The notes under the pieces were generated by a model. That model searched no databases. It saw only the letters and a list, made by a program, of their open reading frames with translations, and was not told where the DNA came from. Made by a program: the position numbers and the translations under genes. 51,671 nucleotides of DNA from Pseudomonadota bacterium (GTDB taxonomy: Bacteria > Pseudomonadota > Gammaproteobacteria > Ga0077536): assembly GCA_043782755.1 (NCBI GenBank), contig JAYWAC010000010.1, positions 1-51,671 on the forward strand, in the 5' to 3' direction. Position 1 is the first letter of the stretch. Every line of letters starts with the position of its first letter. Below are positions 1 to 10,352 of the stretch, in pieces.

Positions 1-516
1 GGCTATCTGAACACCATCGCCAACGACCTGCTGCAAGGCAAGATGACCCAGACCGCGCAGGATTCGGGTCGTTTCCTGGTCAACAGCACCATCGGCATCG
101 GCGGCCTGTTCGACCCTGCGACCAGCATGGGTCTGAAGCAGCACAACGAAGATCTCGGCCAGACGTTTGGCAAGTGGGGCGCAAAAGAAGGCGCCTATCT
201 CATGATTCCGTTGATGGGGCCGAGTTCGTTTCGCGACGTCGGCTCGCCGGTAATGGACATGTTCTTGAACCCGCTGACCTACTTCGCTTCGGTGGTGACC
301 ATCCCGGCCGGTGTGGTGAGTGCGGTGAACACCCGCGCCAATCTGCTGGACGCGACGCGCATCCGCGATCAGGCAGCTCTCGATCCCTATACCTTCGTGC
401 GTGAAGCCTGGCGCCAGCAGCGCGAATATGAGATCTACGACGGCAACCCGCCTGGCGATGGTTATGAGAATTACATCGAAGGTCAGGGCGACGCCGCAGT
501 GCTGCGCGTCTACTGA
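1..516 (+). CDS. mlaA: MlaA/VacJ family lipoprotein, 5' end outside the window
   Basis: Frame is open from base 1 (GYLNTIANDLLQGK...). Family motifs RFLVNSTIGIGGLFD, EDLGQTFGKWG, YLMIPLMGPSS.RD and DPYTFVREAW.Q.R. Confidence 0.9.
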   Translation, partial: GYLNTIANDLLQGKMTQTAQDSGRFLVNSTIGIGGLFDPATSMGLKQHNEDLGQTFGKWGAKEGAYLMIPLMGPSSFRDVGSPVMDMFLNPLTYFASVVTIPAGVVSAVNTRANLLDATRIRDQAALDPYTFVREAWRQQREYEIYDGNPPGDGYENYIEGQGDAAVLRVY

Positions 517-544
517 GACACCGACTGCCTAGCATTTTTTCAAA

Positions 545-569
545 GCCGCGAACCATCCTGGCTCGCGGC
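545..569. terminator. Hairpin between convergent mlaA and glcF, probable intrinsic terminator
   Basis: gccgcgaacca-tcc-tggctcgcggc inverted repeat, followed by ttt on the minus strand. Confidence 0.5.
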
Positions 570-581
570 GTCTCTTCGGGC

Positions 582-1796
582 TCAGTCCAGAGCCGCCGCC
601 AGCACTTCCAACCAATGACGCACCGGCACCGAGGCTTTTGCCGACAGGTGTAATTGACAGCCGATATTGGCGGTGACGATCTCTTGCGGTCCTTCAAGCA
701 TCAGATTGCCAAGCTTGCGCGTGCGCAACTCGCCCGCCATACCCGGTTGCAACACCGAATAGCTGCCGGCCGAGCCGCAACACAGATGGCCTTCGTTGGC
801 CGGCAATATTTCCCAGCCGAGATCCCGCAATAGCGGTTCAATGCGACCGCCGAGACGCTGACCGTGTTGCAGCGTGCAGGGTGTCTGCACCGCGACGCGT
901 CGACCGTGGCCATTCACCCGCCCGCGCAACTGCGCACTTGTGACGAGTTCCAGCGGATCGCGGACCAATGACACCAGACGTGAGGCGCGCGGCCCATAGT
1001 AACCGTCCTTCGCAAGCAACTGCCCATACTCGCGCAATTGCAGGCCGCAGCCCGAGGAAGTCGCCATGACCGCTTCGGCACCGGCCTCGATGGCTGGCCA
1101 CCAGGCATCGATATTGGCCTTGGCGATGCGTATCGCGACCGACTCGTCACCGAGGTGATAAGGCAAGGCACCACAGCAGTCCACGCCTGGCAGTCGATCG
1201 AGAGTGATGGCGAGACTGTCGAAGACCCGCGTCGCGGCCGCGTCGATGCCGGGATTCAATACCGATTGGGCGCAGCCACCGAGCAGCAGCACGCGACGGC
1301 CGTGACTAACTGGGATAAAAGCAGGCGGCGGATCGGACAAAGCATAAAGTCCGGTGATCGCGCGCGGCAGCAAAGGCCGCAGCCAGCGCCCGACGGTCAC
1401 GGCACCACGCCAGCGGCGCGGATAGGGAAGCACGCTGCTCAACAATGCGCGGGTTAAACGCTGGGCACACGACTGACCGGCGGCGGCGTGCACGCGCGGG
1501 CGCACCAGATCGAGCAAGCGTCCGTAACGCACACCCGATGGACAGGTAGTCTCGCAACTGCGGCACAACAGACAACGGTCGAGATGGGTCTGGGTGGTGT
1601 CACCTGCCGCGTCAGCTTCAAGCCAGGATTTCATGAGATAGATGCGACCGCGCGGCCCGTCGCGTTCGTCACCGGTCAACTGATAGGTCGGACAGGTCGC
1701 ATTACAGAAACCACAATGCACACACGAGCGTACGATGGCCGCCGCTTCCATCGCGCCCGGATCATCTCGCAAAGTGTCGTTCAGCAGGCTGCGCAT
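582..1796 (-). CDS. glcF: Glycolate oxidase iron-sulfur subunit
   Basis: Two 4Fe-4S motifs (CVHCGFCNATCP, CLLCRSCETTCP) and two CCG domains (CCGALP, CCGSAG..TANIGC). Confidence 0.9.
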   Translation of the reverse strand: MRSLLNDTLRDDPGAMEAAAIVRSCVHCGFCNATCPTYQLTGDERDGPRGRIYLMKSWLEADAAGDTTQTHLDRCLLCRSCETTCPSGVRYGRLLDLVRPRVHAAAGQSCAQRLTRALLSSVLPYPRRWRGAVTVGRWLRPLLPRAITGLYALSDPPPAFIPVSHGRRVLLLGGCAQSVLNPGIDAAATRVFDSLAITLDRLPGVDCCGALPYHLGDESVAIRIAKANIDAWWPAIEAGAEAVMATSSGCGLQLREYGQLLAKDGYYGPRASRLVSLVRDPLELVTSAQLRGRVNGHGRRVAVQTPCTLQHGQRLGGRIEPLLRDLGWEILPANEGHLCCGSAGSYSVLQPGMAGELRTRKLGNLMLEGPQEIVTANIGCQLHLSAKASVPVRHWLEVLAAALD

Positions 1797-1802
1797 GGTG
1801 CT

Positions 1803-2897
1803 CTATAACCACTCGTAGAGGCGGCCGGGATTGAAGATGCCTTGCGGATCGAGCGCGCGCTTCAAACGTTGCATGAGGGCGCGCAACGGCGCGGCCGGCG
1901 CGGCAAAAGGCGCATCACAGAGGCTGAAACAAGTGGCATGACCACCGAACTCGGCAGCATGGGCGCGCACTGTCGGATCATCGGCGACCGCGTGCAGCCA
2001 CCGCTGCGCACCACCCCAGTCGTGCAACACCGGTCCCAGTCCCGCAAGATCGGGCGCGACGGGCGGCACGCTCATGCGCCACACGGGGCGCGGATCGTCA
2101 GTGAAAAAGGGCAGACGCAGATCGCGCAAGGCACGCCAGTAATCGAGATCGTCGCTTTCCACGTCGGGCGCGAGTTGCGCGATGGCGTGAGACACCGCTT
2201 CATCGCTACCGGCGGCGCGCAGGCGCAAGAACTCGCCGTCGTAACACATGGCCGTGATCGGCCACGGTGCTAGAGCCAGCTCTGCCATGCGTGGCCGTGC
2301 CGCGCTCGGCGACAAGCGCCATACCAGCGTACGCTGCACCCGTGGCCGTGGCAGCACGCGCAGCGAGACCTGCACGATCACCCCCAGCGAACCGAGCGAG
2401 CCCGCGAGCAGACGTGAAACATCGAAGCCGGCGACGTTCTTCATTACCTGTCCACCGAAACTCAGCAGCTCGCCACGACCGTCGAGCAGATCGACACCGA
2501 GGACGAAATCACGCACCGCGCCGTGATAGGGACGCGCTGGTCCCGACAGGCCACTGGCCACCACACCACCCACAGTGGCACCACCGCCAAAATGGGGCGG
2601 TTCGAAACCGAGCATTTGGTCCTGCGCAGCGAGCACCGCTTCGATGTCGATGAGTGACGTACCGGCGCGCGCGGTGATGACGAGTTCAGTGGGTTCGTAG
2701 GCGACGATACCGGCGCAGTCGCGAGTATCGAGCAGCTCGCCCTGTATAGCGCGGCCATAGAAAGCCTTGCTGCCACCGCCGCAGATTTGCAGCGGCATGG
2801 CGGACTCCGCTGCGGCCTTGACGCGCGTCGCGAGCGCCGCGACAGCGGCATCGTTCAAGCTCGCGCGCACGCCGCTGACCTCAGGTTCGCGCGGCAC
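1803..2897 (-). CDS. glcE: Glycolate oxidase FAD-binding subunit
   Basis: GGGSKAFYG, YEPTELVITARAGT, GGQVMKNVAGFDVSRLLAGSLG and C-terminal DPQGIFNPGRLY. Exact start codon uncertain. Confidence 0.9.
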   Translation of the reverse strand: MPREPEVSGVRASLNDAAVAALATRVKAAAESAMPLQICGGGSKAFYGRAIQGELLDTRDCAGIVAYEPTELVITARAGTSLIDIEAVLAAQDQMLGFEPPHFGGGATVGGVVASGLSGPARPYHGAVRDFVLGVDLLDGRGELLSFGGQVMKNVAGFDVSRLLAGSLGSLGVIVQVSLRVLPRPRVQRTLVWRLSPSAARPRMAELALAPWPITAMCYDGEFLRLRAAGSDEAVSHAIAQLAPDVESDDLDYWRALRDLRLPFFTDDPRPVWRMSVPPVAPDLAGLGPVLHDWGGAQRWLHAVADDPTVRAHAAEFGGHATCFSLCDAPFAAPAAPLRALMQRLKRALDPQGIFNPGRLYEWL

Positions 2898-2909
2898 CGC
2901 AGTTCCTCC

Positions 2910-4013
2910 TCAGACCGAGGAATCGCGCGTAATGACCGGCGTGCCGACGTCGACATCGGCGTTCTGTCCACGCTGGCGCAGCAGGTGATCGATCAGGACC
3001 AATGCGACCATGGCCTCGGCGATGGGTACCGCACGGATGCCGACACACGGGTCATGGCGCCCGAGTGTGACAATCGAAGTCGATTCACCATTCATATCGA
3101 TAGTCTCGCCATCGAGACGGATGCTGGAGGTCGGCTTAAGCGCAATGCTGGCGACGATATCCTGGCCAGTGGAAATTCCACCGAGAATGCCGCCGGCATG
3201 ATTGCTGGCAAAACCACGCGGCGACATCGCGTCGCGATGTTCACTGCCCTTCTGCTCGACTACCGCGAAGCCGTCACCGATCTCGACCGCGCGCACCGCA
3301 TTGATGCTCATCAAAGCCTTGGCCAGATCAGCATCGAGACGATCAAACACCGGCTCACCCCAACCAGGTGGCAAGCCACGAGCTATGACGGTCACGCGCG
3401 CGCCGATGGAATCACCTTCCTTACGTAGCGCGTCCATATAGGCTTCAAGCTCTGCGACGCGGCCAGGCTCGGCGCAGAAAAAGGGATTGCTGTCGGCGGC
3501 GCTCAAATCTTCGCAGGCCAGATGTATCGGTCCGAGCTGGGCCAGATAGGCACGCACTTCGACACCACAGGTCTCGCGCAGATATTTCTTGGCGATAGCA
3601 CCGGCCGCGACCCGCATGCAAGTCTCGCGCGCCGAGGAACGCCCACCACCGCGATAGTCGCGCACGCCGTATTTCTGGATATAGGTATAGTCAGCATGAC
3701 CAGGACGAAATTTGTCCTGAATATTCGAATAGTCCTTGGACTTCTGATCGGTGTTCTCGATCATGAGCGCGATGGAGGTGCCGGTAGTGCGCCCTTCGAA
3801 CACGCCGGACAGGATGCGCACCTTGTCCTCTTCGCGTCGCTGCGTGGTATGGCGTGACTGTCCTGGTTTACGCCGATCCAGATCGTGCTGCAGATCAGCC
3901 TCGGTCAGCGGCAATCCCGGCGGGCATCCGTCGACGATCGCGACATAGCCCGGACCATGACTTTCGCCGGCGCTGGCAAGAGAAAACAGTTTACCAATCG
4001 TGTTACCGGCCAT
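2910..4013 (-). CDS. aroC: Chorismate synthase
   Basis: [22 protein letters not shown] and GRHDPCV signatures. Confidence 0.97.
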   Translation of the reverse strand: MAGNTIGKLFSLASAGESHGPGYVAIVDGCPPGLPLTEADLQHDLDRRKPGQSRHTTQRREEDKVRILSGVFEGRTTGTSIALMIENTDQKSKDYSNIQDKFRPGHADYTYIQKYGVRDYRGGGRSSARETCMRVAAGAIAKKYLRETCGVEVRAYLAQLGPIHLACEDLSAADSNPFFCAEPGRVAELEAYMDALRKEGDSIGARVTVIARGLPPGWGEPVFDRLDADLAKALMSINAVRAVEIGDGFAVVEQKGSEHRDAMSPRGFASNHAGGILGGISTGQDIVASIALKPTSSIRLDGETIDMNGESTSIVTLGRHDPCVGIRAVPIAEAMVALVLIDHLLRQRGQNADVDVGTPVITRDSSV

Positions 4014-4084
4014 GACGGTATTCTAGCAGCCTGTCGGACTTAGGATGAATCTGCGGCGGCGGCGCGCGTGATTCGATGTATGGC

Positions 4085-4978
4085 TTAAGTGCCCTGCGCA
4101 AGATCCTTGCGCGAGATGACGAAAACGCCTTCGCCACCGTGTTCGAACTCCACCCAGGTCAAGGGTAGATGCGCATAGCGCATATCGACCGCTGCGGCGA
4201 TTTCACCGACCTCCACCACCAGCACGCCGTGTGAACTGAGATGGCGGACAGCGCGCGCCAGAATGTCATCGACGCAGGCAAAACCCTCCTCACCCGCGAC
4301 CAGGGCCATGGCCGGCTCTTGGCGATATTCGTGCGGCAATTGCTCCATGCGCGCGGCCGGCACATAGGGCGGATTACTGACGATGAGGTCGTAAACCCCG
4401 GCGTCGCTCGGAAACAGATCGGCCTCGACCAGACGCACCCGCGATTCGAGGCCATGGCGGGCGCGATTGATAGCGGCGACCGCAAGCGCATCGGGACTGA
4501 GATCCGTGGCATCGACTTGCGCGGTGGGGAAAGTCAGCGCGCAGGCCAGCGCGATGCAGCCGCTGCCGGTGCCGATGTCGAGGATGCGCGTGACCTGCCC
4601 TTCATGCAGCCATGGCGCGAACTGCGCGTCGATAAGTTCGGCGATTGGCGAGCGCGGCACCAGCACGCGCTCGTCGACATAGAACTCGTGCCCGGCAAAC
4701 CACATGCGATGGGTGAGATAGGCGGCTGGACAGCGACGCTTGAGGCGCGTCGCTATCAGTTGTTCAGCGGCGGCACGACCCGTCTCATCGAGTGGCTGGT
4801 CGAGCAGTTCGTCACCCGCGTCGGGCGGCAAGGCCAATGCATGCAGGACGAGGAAGGCGGCCTCGTCCACGGCGTTGTCCGTGCCGTGACCATAGAACAG
4901 TCCTGCCCGTCGAAAACGCCGTGCGGCGCTGTCAACCAGCGCGCGCGGCGTGGCGGGCAATACTCCTCGTCTAGCCAC
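4085..4978 (-). CDS. prmB: 50S ribosomal protein L3 N5-glutamine methyltransferase
   Basis: YGHGTDNA.DEA, FYVDERVLVPRSPIAELI, LDIGTGSGCIA and SNPPY motifs; conserved prmB-aroC order. Confidence 0.93.
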   Translation of the reverse strand: MARRGVLPATPRALVDSAARRFRRAGLFYGHGTDNAVDEAAFLVLHALALPPDAGDELLDQPLDETGRAAAEQLIATRLKRRCPAAYLTHRMWFAGHEFYVDERVLVPRSPIAELIDAQFAPWLHEGQVTRILDIGTGSGCIALACALTFPTAQVDATDLSPDALAVAAINRARHGLESRVRLVEADLFPSDAGVYDLIVSNPPYVPAARMEQLPHEYRQEPAMALVAGEEGFACVDDILARAVRHLSSHGVLVVEVGEIAAAVDMRYAHLPLTWVEFEHGGEGVFVISRKDLAQGT

Positions 4979-6839
4979 GCGTGGCGGCCAGTTCGAGTAC
5001 CACGTCGTTCATGCGCTTGACGAAGCCCGCCGGGTCTTCCAACTTGCCACCTTCGGCCAGGATCGATTGTTCGAACAACAGGCTTGCCCAGTTGGTGAAC
5101 TGCTGCTCGTCCTGCATGTGATCCATGAACTTGATCATCGGATGTTCAACGTTCAGTTCGAGGATGCGCTTGGCGGCGGGTACGTCCTGGCCGGCGGCTT
5201 TCAGGAGACGTTCGAGATTGGCGCTCATCGCGGCCTCAGCCGACACCAAACAGGCCGGCGAACTGGTCAGACGCTGACTGCGCTTGACGTCCTCGACGCG
5301 CGCAGCGAGCGCTTCCTTGATACGCTTCAAGAGCGGGCTGACTTCCTCATCCTGCTGCTTGTCCTGGTCCTCTTTGGTCTCGCTCTTGAGGTCGCCGTGC
5401 ACGACCGACTTCAACTGCTTGCCCTCGAATTCCGCGAGATGGGTCACCAGCCATTCGTCGATGGGCTCGTACATGAGCAGCACTTCAATACCGGCTTTAC
5501 GGAAGTATTCGAGATGAGGGCTGTTGCGTGCGGTCGAGAAACCGTCAGCGGCAATGTAGTAGACAGCGTCCTGAGCCTCTTTCATGCGTGACACATAGGC
5601 GGCGAGGCTGACATCCTGGGTGTCGGTATCGCTGTGGGTGCTGGCGAAGCGCAACAACTTGGCGATGCGCTCGCGATTGCTGAAGTCTTCGATCACGCCT
5701 TCTTTCAGCACGCGGCCAAAGGCTTCCCAGAAACTGGCGTAGTCCTCACCCTCGGCGAGCGTCTCTACCATGCCCAATACTTTCTTGACCGAGGCGTTGC
5801 GGATGGTTTCAAGGGTCTTGTTGTGCTGCAAGATTTCGCGCGAGACGTTGAGCGGCAGATCATTGGTATCGATCACACCGCGCACGAAGCGCAGATAACG
5901 CGGCATGAGCTTCTCGGCGTCGTCCATGATGAACACGCGCTGCACATAGAGCTTCACACCGTGCTTGACCTCACGGTCCCATAGATCGAAGGGCGCGCGC
6001 GCCGGCAGGTAGAACAGCGTGGTGTATTCGCTCTTACCCTCGACCTTGGAATGCAGCCAGCTGGTCGGGTCGCTGAAGTCATGGGAGACGTGTTTGTAGA
6101 ACGCTTTGTATTCCTCGTCGGTAATCTCGTGCTTGGAGCGACGCCACAGCGCGGTCGCCTGGTTGATGGTCTCCCAGCCCTTATCCTCACCGCTCTTGTG
6201 CATCTTGATCGGCAGGGCGATGTGGTCCGAGTAGCGCTTGCAGATGTCGCGCAGACGATATTCGTTGGCGAGATCCTTGGCGTCTTCCTTCAGATGCATG
6301 ACGATTTCGGTGCCGCGCTGCTTGGCGTTGACGGTCTCGACTGTGAACTCGCCCTTGCCTTGCGATTCCCAGCGTACGCCCTGCGCGGCGGCCACGCCGG
6401 CCTTGCGCGATGTGACGGTGACCTTGTCGGCGACGATGAAGGCGGCATAGAAGCCCACGCCGAACTGGCCGATGAGCTGCGAATCCTGGCGTGCGTCACC
6501 CGACAGCTTGCCGAAGAACTCGCGGGTGCCGGACTTGGCGATGGTGCCGAGGTTATCGACCGCCTCGTCGCGCGTCATGCCGATGCCGTTGTCGCGCAGC
6601 GTAATCGTGCCGGCCTCAGCGTCGAATTCGAGTTCGATGGCCAGTTCACCGTCATTCTCGTAGAGGCTGTCGTCGGATAGCGCCGCGAAGCGCAGCTTGT
6701 CGGCCGCGTCGGCGGCGTTCGAGACCAGCTCGCGCAGGAAGATCTCGCGGTTGCTGTATAGAGAGTTGATGACGAGGTCGAGTAGCTGGGTGACTTCCGA
6801 TTGGAATCCCCGTTGTTCTTTGGCAGTGTCCGGCGCCAT
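4971..6839 (-). CDS. htpG: Chaperone HtpG (Hsp90)
   Basis: YSNREIFLRELVSNA, DNGIGM, IGQFGVGFY, LPLNVSREILQ. Start moved to ATG 6839 (MAPDTAKE), which has an AGAGGA RBS. Confidence 0.97.
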   Translation of the reverse strand: MAPDTAKEQRGFQSEVTQLLDLVINSLYSNREIFLRELVSNAADAADKLRFAALSDDSLYENDGELAIELEFDAEAGTITLRDNGIGMTRDEAVDNLGTIAKSGTREFFGKLSGDARQDSQLIGQFGVGFYAAFIVADKVTVTSRKAGVAAAQGVRWESQGKGEFTVETVNAKQRGTEIVMHLKEDAKDLANEYRLRDICKRYSDHIALPIKMHKSGEDKGWETINQATALWRRSKHEITDEEYKAFYKHVSHDFSDPTSWLHSKVEGKSEYTTLFYLPARAPFDLWDREVKHGVKLYVQRVFIMDDAEKLMPRYLRFVRGVIDTNDLPLNVSREILQHNKTLETIRNASVKKVLGMVETLAEGEDYASFWEAFGRVLKEGVIEDFSNRERIAKLLRFASTHSDTDTQDVSLAAYVSRMKEAQDAVYYIAADGFSTARNSPHLEYFRKAGIEVLLMYEPIDEWLVTHLAEFEGKQLKSVVHGDLKSETKEDQDKQQDEEVSPLLKRIKEALAARVEDVKRSQRLTSSPACLVSAEAAMSANLERLLKAAGQDVPAAKRILELNVEHPMIKFMDHMQDEQQFTNWASLLFEQSILAEGGKLEDPAGFVKRMNDVVLELAATRG

Positions 6840-6876
6840 GGTGTCCTCTGTGAGTCGCGTGAATGAGGCGGGCAAG

Positions 6877-6903
6877 CTATGGGCGCGAGCGTTCGATTTC
6901 AAG
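6877..6903 (-). promoter_or_regulatory. Sigma32 (RpoH) heat-shock promoter of htpG
   Basis: Minus strand CTTGAA-N13-GCCCATAG matches the CTTGAA-N13/17-CCCCATNT consensus; htpG is a known RpoH target. Confidence 0.75.
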
Positions 6904-7027
6904 GCCTTTGCTCGTGTGAACGCGCGCCGCGCTACCATAGCGCCCCACGGTCGCGAGCCCGCGACTGGCATCTTCGAGGGACTGAAGTGTGCGCGCTGCG
7001 GCGCGTCCGCAGCCTATCATTCGCGCC

Positions 7028-9583
7028 ATGGCTACCGATAAATCCGCCAATTCACCGGTCATGCAGCAGTTCCTCGGCATCAAGGCCGAGCATCCGGATA
7101 CGCTGCTGTTCTATCGCATGGGCGATTTCTATGAACTGTTCTTCGACGACGCCAAGCGCGCCGCGAAACTGCTCGATCTCACCCTGACCGCGCGCGGCAC
7201 CAGCGAGGGCCAGCCCATCCCGATGGCGGGCGTGCCTGCCCATGCCGCCGACCCGTATCTCGCGCGCCTCTTGAAGCTGGGTGTATCGGTCGCGATCTGC
7301 GAGCAGATAGGCGATCCGGCCGAATCGCGCGGGCCGGTGGCACGCAAGGTCACGCGCATCCTGACGCCGGGGACGGTGACCGACGAATCGCTGCTCGAAG
7401 CGCGCCAGGACACTTTGATTGCAGCCCTGGTATTTGCCGGCGAACGCAGCGGCCTGGCCTGGCTCGATGTCGGCGCCGGCCGCTTCCTGGTCTGTGAACC
7501 CGACAGCCCGACCGCACTCGAGGCCGAGCTCGAACGTCTGCAACCGGCGGAACTGCTGGTCGCCGATAACCAACGCAATCTGCTGCCAGCCGGCTGGGCG
7601 GCGCGCAGTCGGGGCGTGCCGGACTGGCGCTTCGATCTGACGGCGGCACGGCGACGCCTGTGCGAGCAGTTCGGAGTAAGCGATCTGCATGGTTATGGCT
7701 GCGCCAACTTCGAACCGGCCATCGCCGCCGCCGGTGCGGTGCTGGTCTACAGCCAGGAGATGCACGGCGGCGCGCTGGCCCATGTGCTGGGGCTCGCGGT
7801 CGAACGTCCGCAGGATGCCCTGTATCTCGATCCCGCCACCCGTCGTAATCTCGAAATCACACGGGCCTTGTCCGGCAATGATGTCCATACCCTGGTAGCG
7901 GTGTTCGACACCACGCGCACCGCGATGGGTGGGCGTCTGCTGCGGCGCTGGCTGCAACGCCCGCTGCGCGACCACGACACCCTGCGCCATCGCCAACAGG
8001 CGGTTGCGATGCTTATCGCCCGTCACGATGTCGCGGCCCTGCGCAGCGCCCTGCGGCGGGTGCATGACATCGAACGCATCGTCACCCGCGTCGCACTCGG
8101 CAGCGCGCGGCCACGCGATCTGGCGCGCCTGCGTGACGCCCTGGGTGTGCTGCCGGAACTGCGTGGCTTGCTGTTGCCGGACTTGACTCCAAGCCTTGAT
8201 GAATTGCGCTTGCGCATCGATGAAATGCCTGAGGTGCGCGCCTTACTCGAACGCGCGCTGGTCGAATCACCCGCCCATCTGATCCGCGATGGCGGCGTGC
8301 TGGCGCCGGGCTATGACAGCGAACTTGACGAGCTGCGCAACGCCAGCGCCGATGCCGATGCCTTTCTGGTCGCGCTCGAACAACGCGAACGCGAACGCAG
8401 TGGTATCACTAATCTGCGCGTCGGTTACAACCGCGTGCACGGCTACTATATCGAGATCAGCCGCGCCCAGGCCGAGCGCGCACCGGCCGACTACACCCGA
8501 CGTCAGACCCTGAAAGGTGTGGAGCGCTACATCACGCCCGAACTGAAGGGTTTTGAGACCCATATCCTGACCGCCGCCGATCGCGCCTTGAGACGTGAAC
8601 GCGAGCTCTATGAAAGCCTGCTGATCGAACTGCTGCCGCAAGTACGCGCGCTGCAGGACACCAGCGCAGCGCTGGCCGAGTTGGATGTGTTGGCGAGTTT
8701 CGCCGAACGCGCCGAGAGCTTGCAGCTCTGCGCGCCCGAGTTCTGCACTGAACCGCGCCTCAGTATCACCGATGGCCGTCATCCGCTGGTCGAACAATTC
8801 CAGGACACGCCTTTCGTTGCCAACGATCTGGAACTCGACGACACGCGTCGTCTGCTGCTCATCACCGGCCCCAATATGGGCGGCAAATCGACCTATATGC
8901 GCCAGGCCGCGCTCATCACCCTGCTCGCCCACATTGGCAGTTTCGTGCCGGCGCGCGCCGCCTTACTCGGCCCCATCGACGCCATCTATTCGCGCATCGG
9001 CGCCGGCGACAATCTCGCCGGCGGCCAGAGCACCTTCATGGTCGAAATGGCCGAGACCGCCAACATCCTCCATCACGCCACCGCCGCGAGCCTGGTCATC
9101 GTCGACGAGATCGGGCGCGGCACCAGCACCTATGACGGCATGTCGCTGGCCTGGGCGGCGGCCGAGCATCTGGCCCAGCGCAATCGCGCCTTCACGCTAT
9201 TCGCGACCCATTATTTCGAGCTGACCGCGCTTGCCGACGAAGTGTCGGCGGTGGCCAATGTGCGGCTCGACGCGGTTGAGCACGGCGAGGACGTGGTGTT
9301 CATGCACAGCGTCAGTGAAGGGCCGGCCTCACGCAGCTTCGGCATTGCCGTGGCGCGCCGCGCCGGCGTACCCGTGGCTGTCATCGCCCGTGCCCGTGCA
9401 CTGCTCGCCACGCTCGAACGCCGCCACCAACAACAAAGTCATCATGAGACGCCGCAATTGCCCCTGTTCGATCGGCCGCACCCCGCGCTCGTCGCCTTGG
9501 GTGACCTGGATCCGGACACTCTGACGCCGCGTGAGGCCCTGGAAGCCCTGTATCGCCTGCGTACGCTGATCGAACACTCATGA
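7028..9583 (+). CDS. mutS: DNA mismatch repair protein MutS
   Basis: [49 protein letters not shown] and beta-clamp-like QLPLF. Start ATG 7028 preferred. Confidence 0.97.
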   Translation: MATDKSANSPVMQQFLGIKAEHPDTLLFYRMGDFYELFFDDAKRAAKLLDLTLTARGTSEGQPIPMAGVPAHAADPYLARLLKLGVSVAICEQIGDPAESRGPVARKVTRILTPGTVTDESLLEARQDTLIAALVFAGERSGLAWLDVGAGRFLVCEPDSPTALEAELERLQPAELLVADNQRNLLPAGWAARSRGVPDWRFDLTAARRRLCEQFGVSDLHGYGCANFEPAIAAAGAVLVYSQEMHGGALAHVLGLAVERPQDALYLDPATRRNLEITRALSGNDVHTLVAVFDTTRTAMGGRLLRRWLQRPLRDHDTLRHRQQAVAMLIARHDVAALRSALRRVHDIERIVTRVALGSARPRDLARLRDALGVLPELRGLLLPDLTPSLDELRLRIDEMPEVRALLERALVESPAHLIRDGGVLAPGYDSELDELRNASADADAFLVALEQRERERSGITNLRVGYNRVHGYYIEISRAQAERAPADYTRRQTLKGVERYITPELKGFETHILTAADRALRRERELYESLLIELLPQVRALQDTSAALAELDVLASFAERAESLQLCAPEFCTEPRLSITDGRHPLVEQFQDTPFVANDLELDDTRRLLLITGPNMGGKSTYMRQAALITLLAHIGSFVPARAALLGPIDAIYSRIGAGDNLAGGQSTFMVEMAETANILHHATAASLVIVDEIGRGTSTYDGMSLAWAAAEHLAQRNRAFTLFATHYFELTALADEVSAVANVRLDAVEHGEDVVFMHSVSEGPASRSFGIAVARRAGVPVAVIARARALLATLERRHQQQSHHETPQLPLFDRPHPALVALGDLDPDTLTPREALEALYRLRTLIEHS

Positions 9584-9646
9584 AGTGTTTGGCACCACGC
9601 GGTCGGCAGATATAATGCCCGCCTCCGAATTTGACGAAGAGCAGCC

Positions 9647-9970
9647 ATGACGTTTGTTGTTGTAGAAAACTGTATCAAGTGCAAGTACACGGACTGTGTC
9701 GAGGTGTGCCCGGTCGATTGCTTTCACGAAGGCCCTAATATGCTCGTGATTGATCCGGACGAATGCATCGATTGCACGCTCTGCGAGCCGGAATGCCCGG
9801 TCGAAGCGATCAAGTCGGAGGACGATCTGACCGACGACGAACAGCAGTACCTAGCCCTCAACGCCGAACTTGCCAAGCAGTGGCCGGTGATCAGCGAAAT
9901 GAAGGAGCCGGTTGGCGACGCCGATGACTGGAAGGGCAAATCGGGCAAGCTCGACCTGCTCGAGCGCTAA
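9647..9970 (+). CDS. fdxA: 7Fe ferredoxin FdxA
   Basis: [18 protein letters not shown]...[12 protein letters not shown], 107 aa; TATAAT upstream at about 9610. Confidence 0.93.
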   Translation: MTFVVVENCIKCKYTDCVEVCPVDCFHEGPNMLVIDPDECIDCTLCEPECPVEAIKSEDDLTDDEQQYLALNAELAKQWPVISEMKEPVGDADDWKGKSGKLDLLER

Positions 9971-9978
9971 GATCTGAC

Positions 9979-10007
9979 CCAGGCCGCTTGCTCAGCGAGT
10001 GGCTTGG
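9979..10007 (+). terminator. 13-bp hairpin after fdxA
   Basis: ccaggccgcttgc-tca-gcgagtggcttgg pairs fully only on the plus strand (three G:U pairs); followed by tgtctt. Confidence 0.55.
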
Positions 10008-10017
10008 TGTCTTCGAG

Positions 10018-10128
10018 CTTAAGTGGGCCAGGAGCCGTCCGTCCCTGGACGACCCCTGGTCCGCCGCTCTCCCTCACCGTTGGAGTTGCCATCCGTGGCG
10101 GCGGCGAGTGCGTTGCTGAATACGCACC
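10018..10128 (-). ncRNA. Candidate CsrA/RsmA-sequestering sRNA (RsmZ/CsrB-like)
   Basis: Minus-strand hairpins gcc-ACGGAT-ggc and ccaggggtcgtcc-AGGGAC-ggacggctcctgg carry ANGGAN loops; an extra AGGGAG is present; TAGACT -10 at 10132-10137; convergent with fdxA. Ends approximate. Confidence 0.6.
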
Positions 10129-10352
10129 TGCAGTCTAGTTAGCCACGGCAGGCGTCCCCGCTCAAATTTCGCCTGCCCCTCGTCGCTGCTGTGCTTTACA
10201 CTTCGTGCTCAACGACTTACGCAGCAGGGACGGAGCGCGGCATGCATTCGGCGCATAGCGAATCAGGAAATCTTCCCGTCCTGAACTCAGCGCCCCGCCC
10301 AAGCGGGTCAAGCCTGACGTCCGCTGTCACCAACACGCGTCGCCTGTGTGGG

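Noticed and set aside
6840-6971. N-terminal extension of HtpG in the ORF track (similarly for MetG, SurA, Dcd, MlaE and the recombinase)
   Set aside because: Artefact of choosing the longest ORF; downstream starts fit RBS, promoter positions or family lengths better.
10261-10280. GGAA-ATC-TTCC as a GacA/UvrY box for the sRNA
   Set aside because: Only a 4-bp inverted repeat and a poor fit to TGTAAG-N6-CTTACA.
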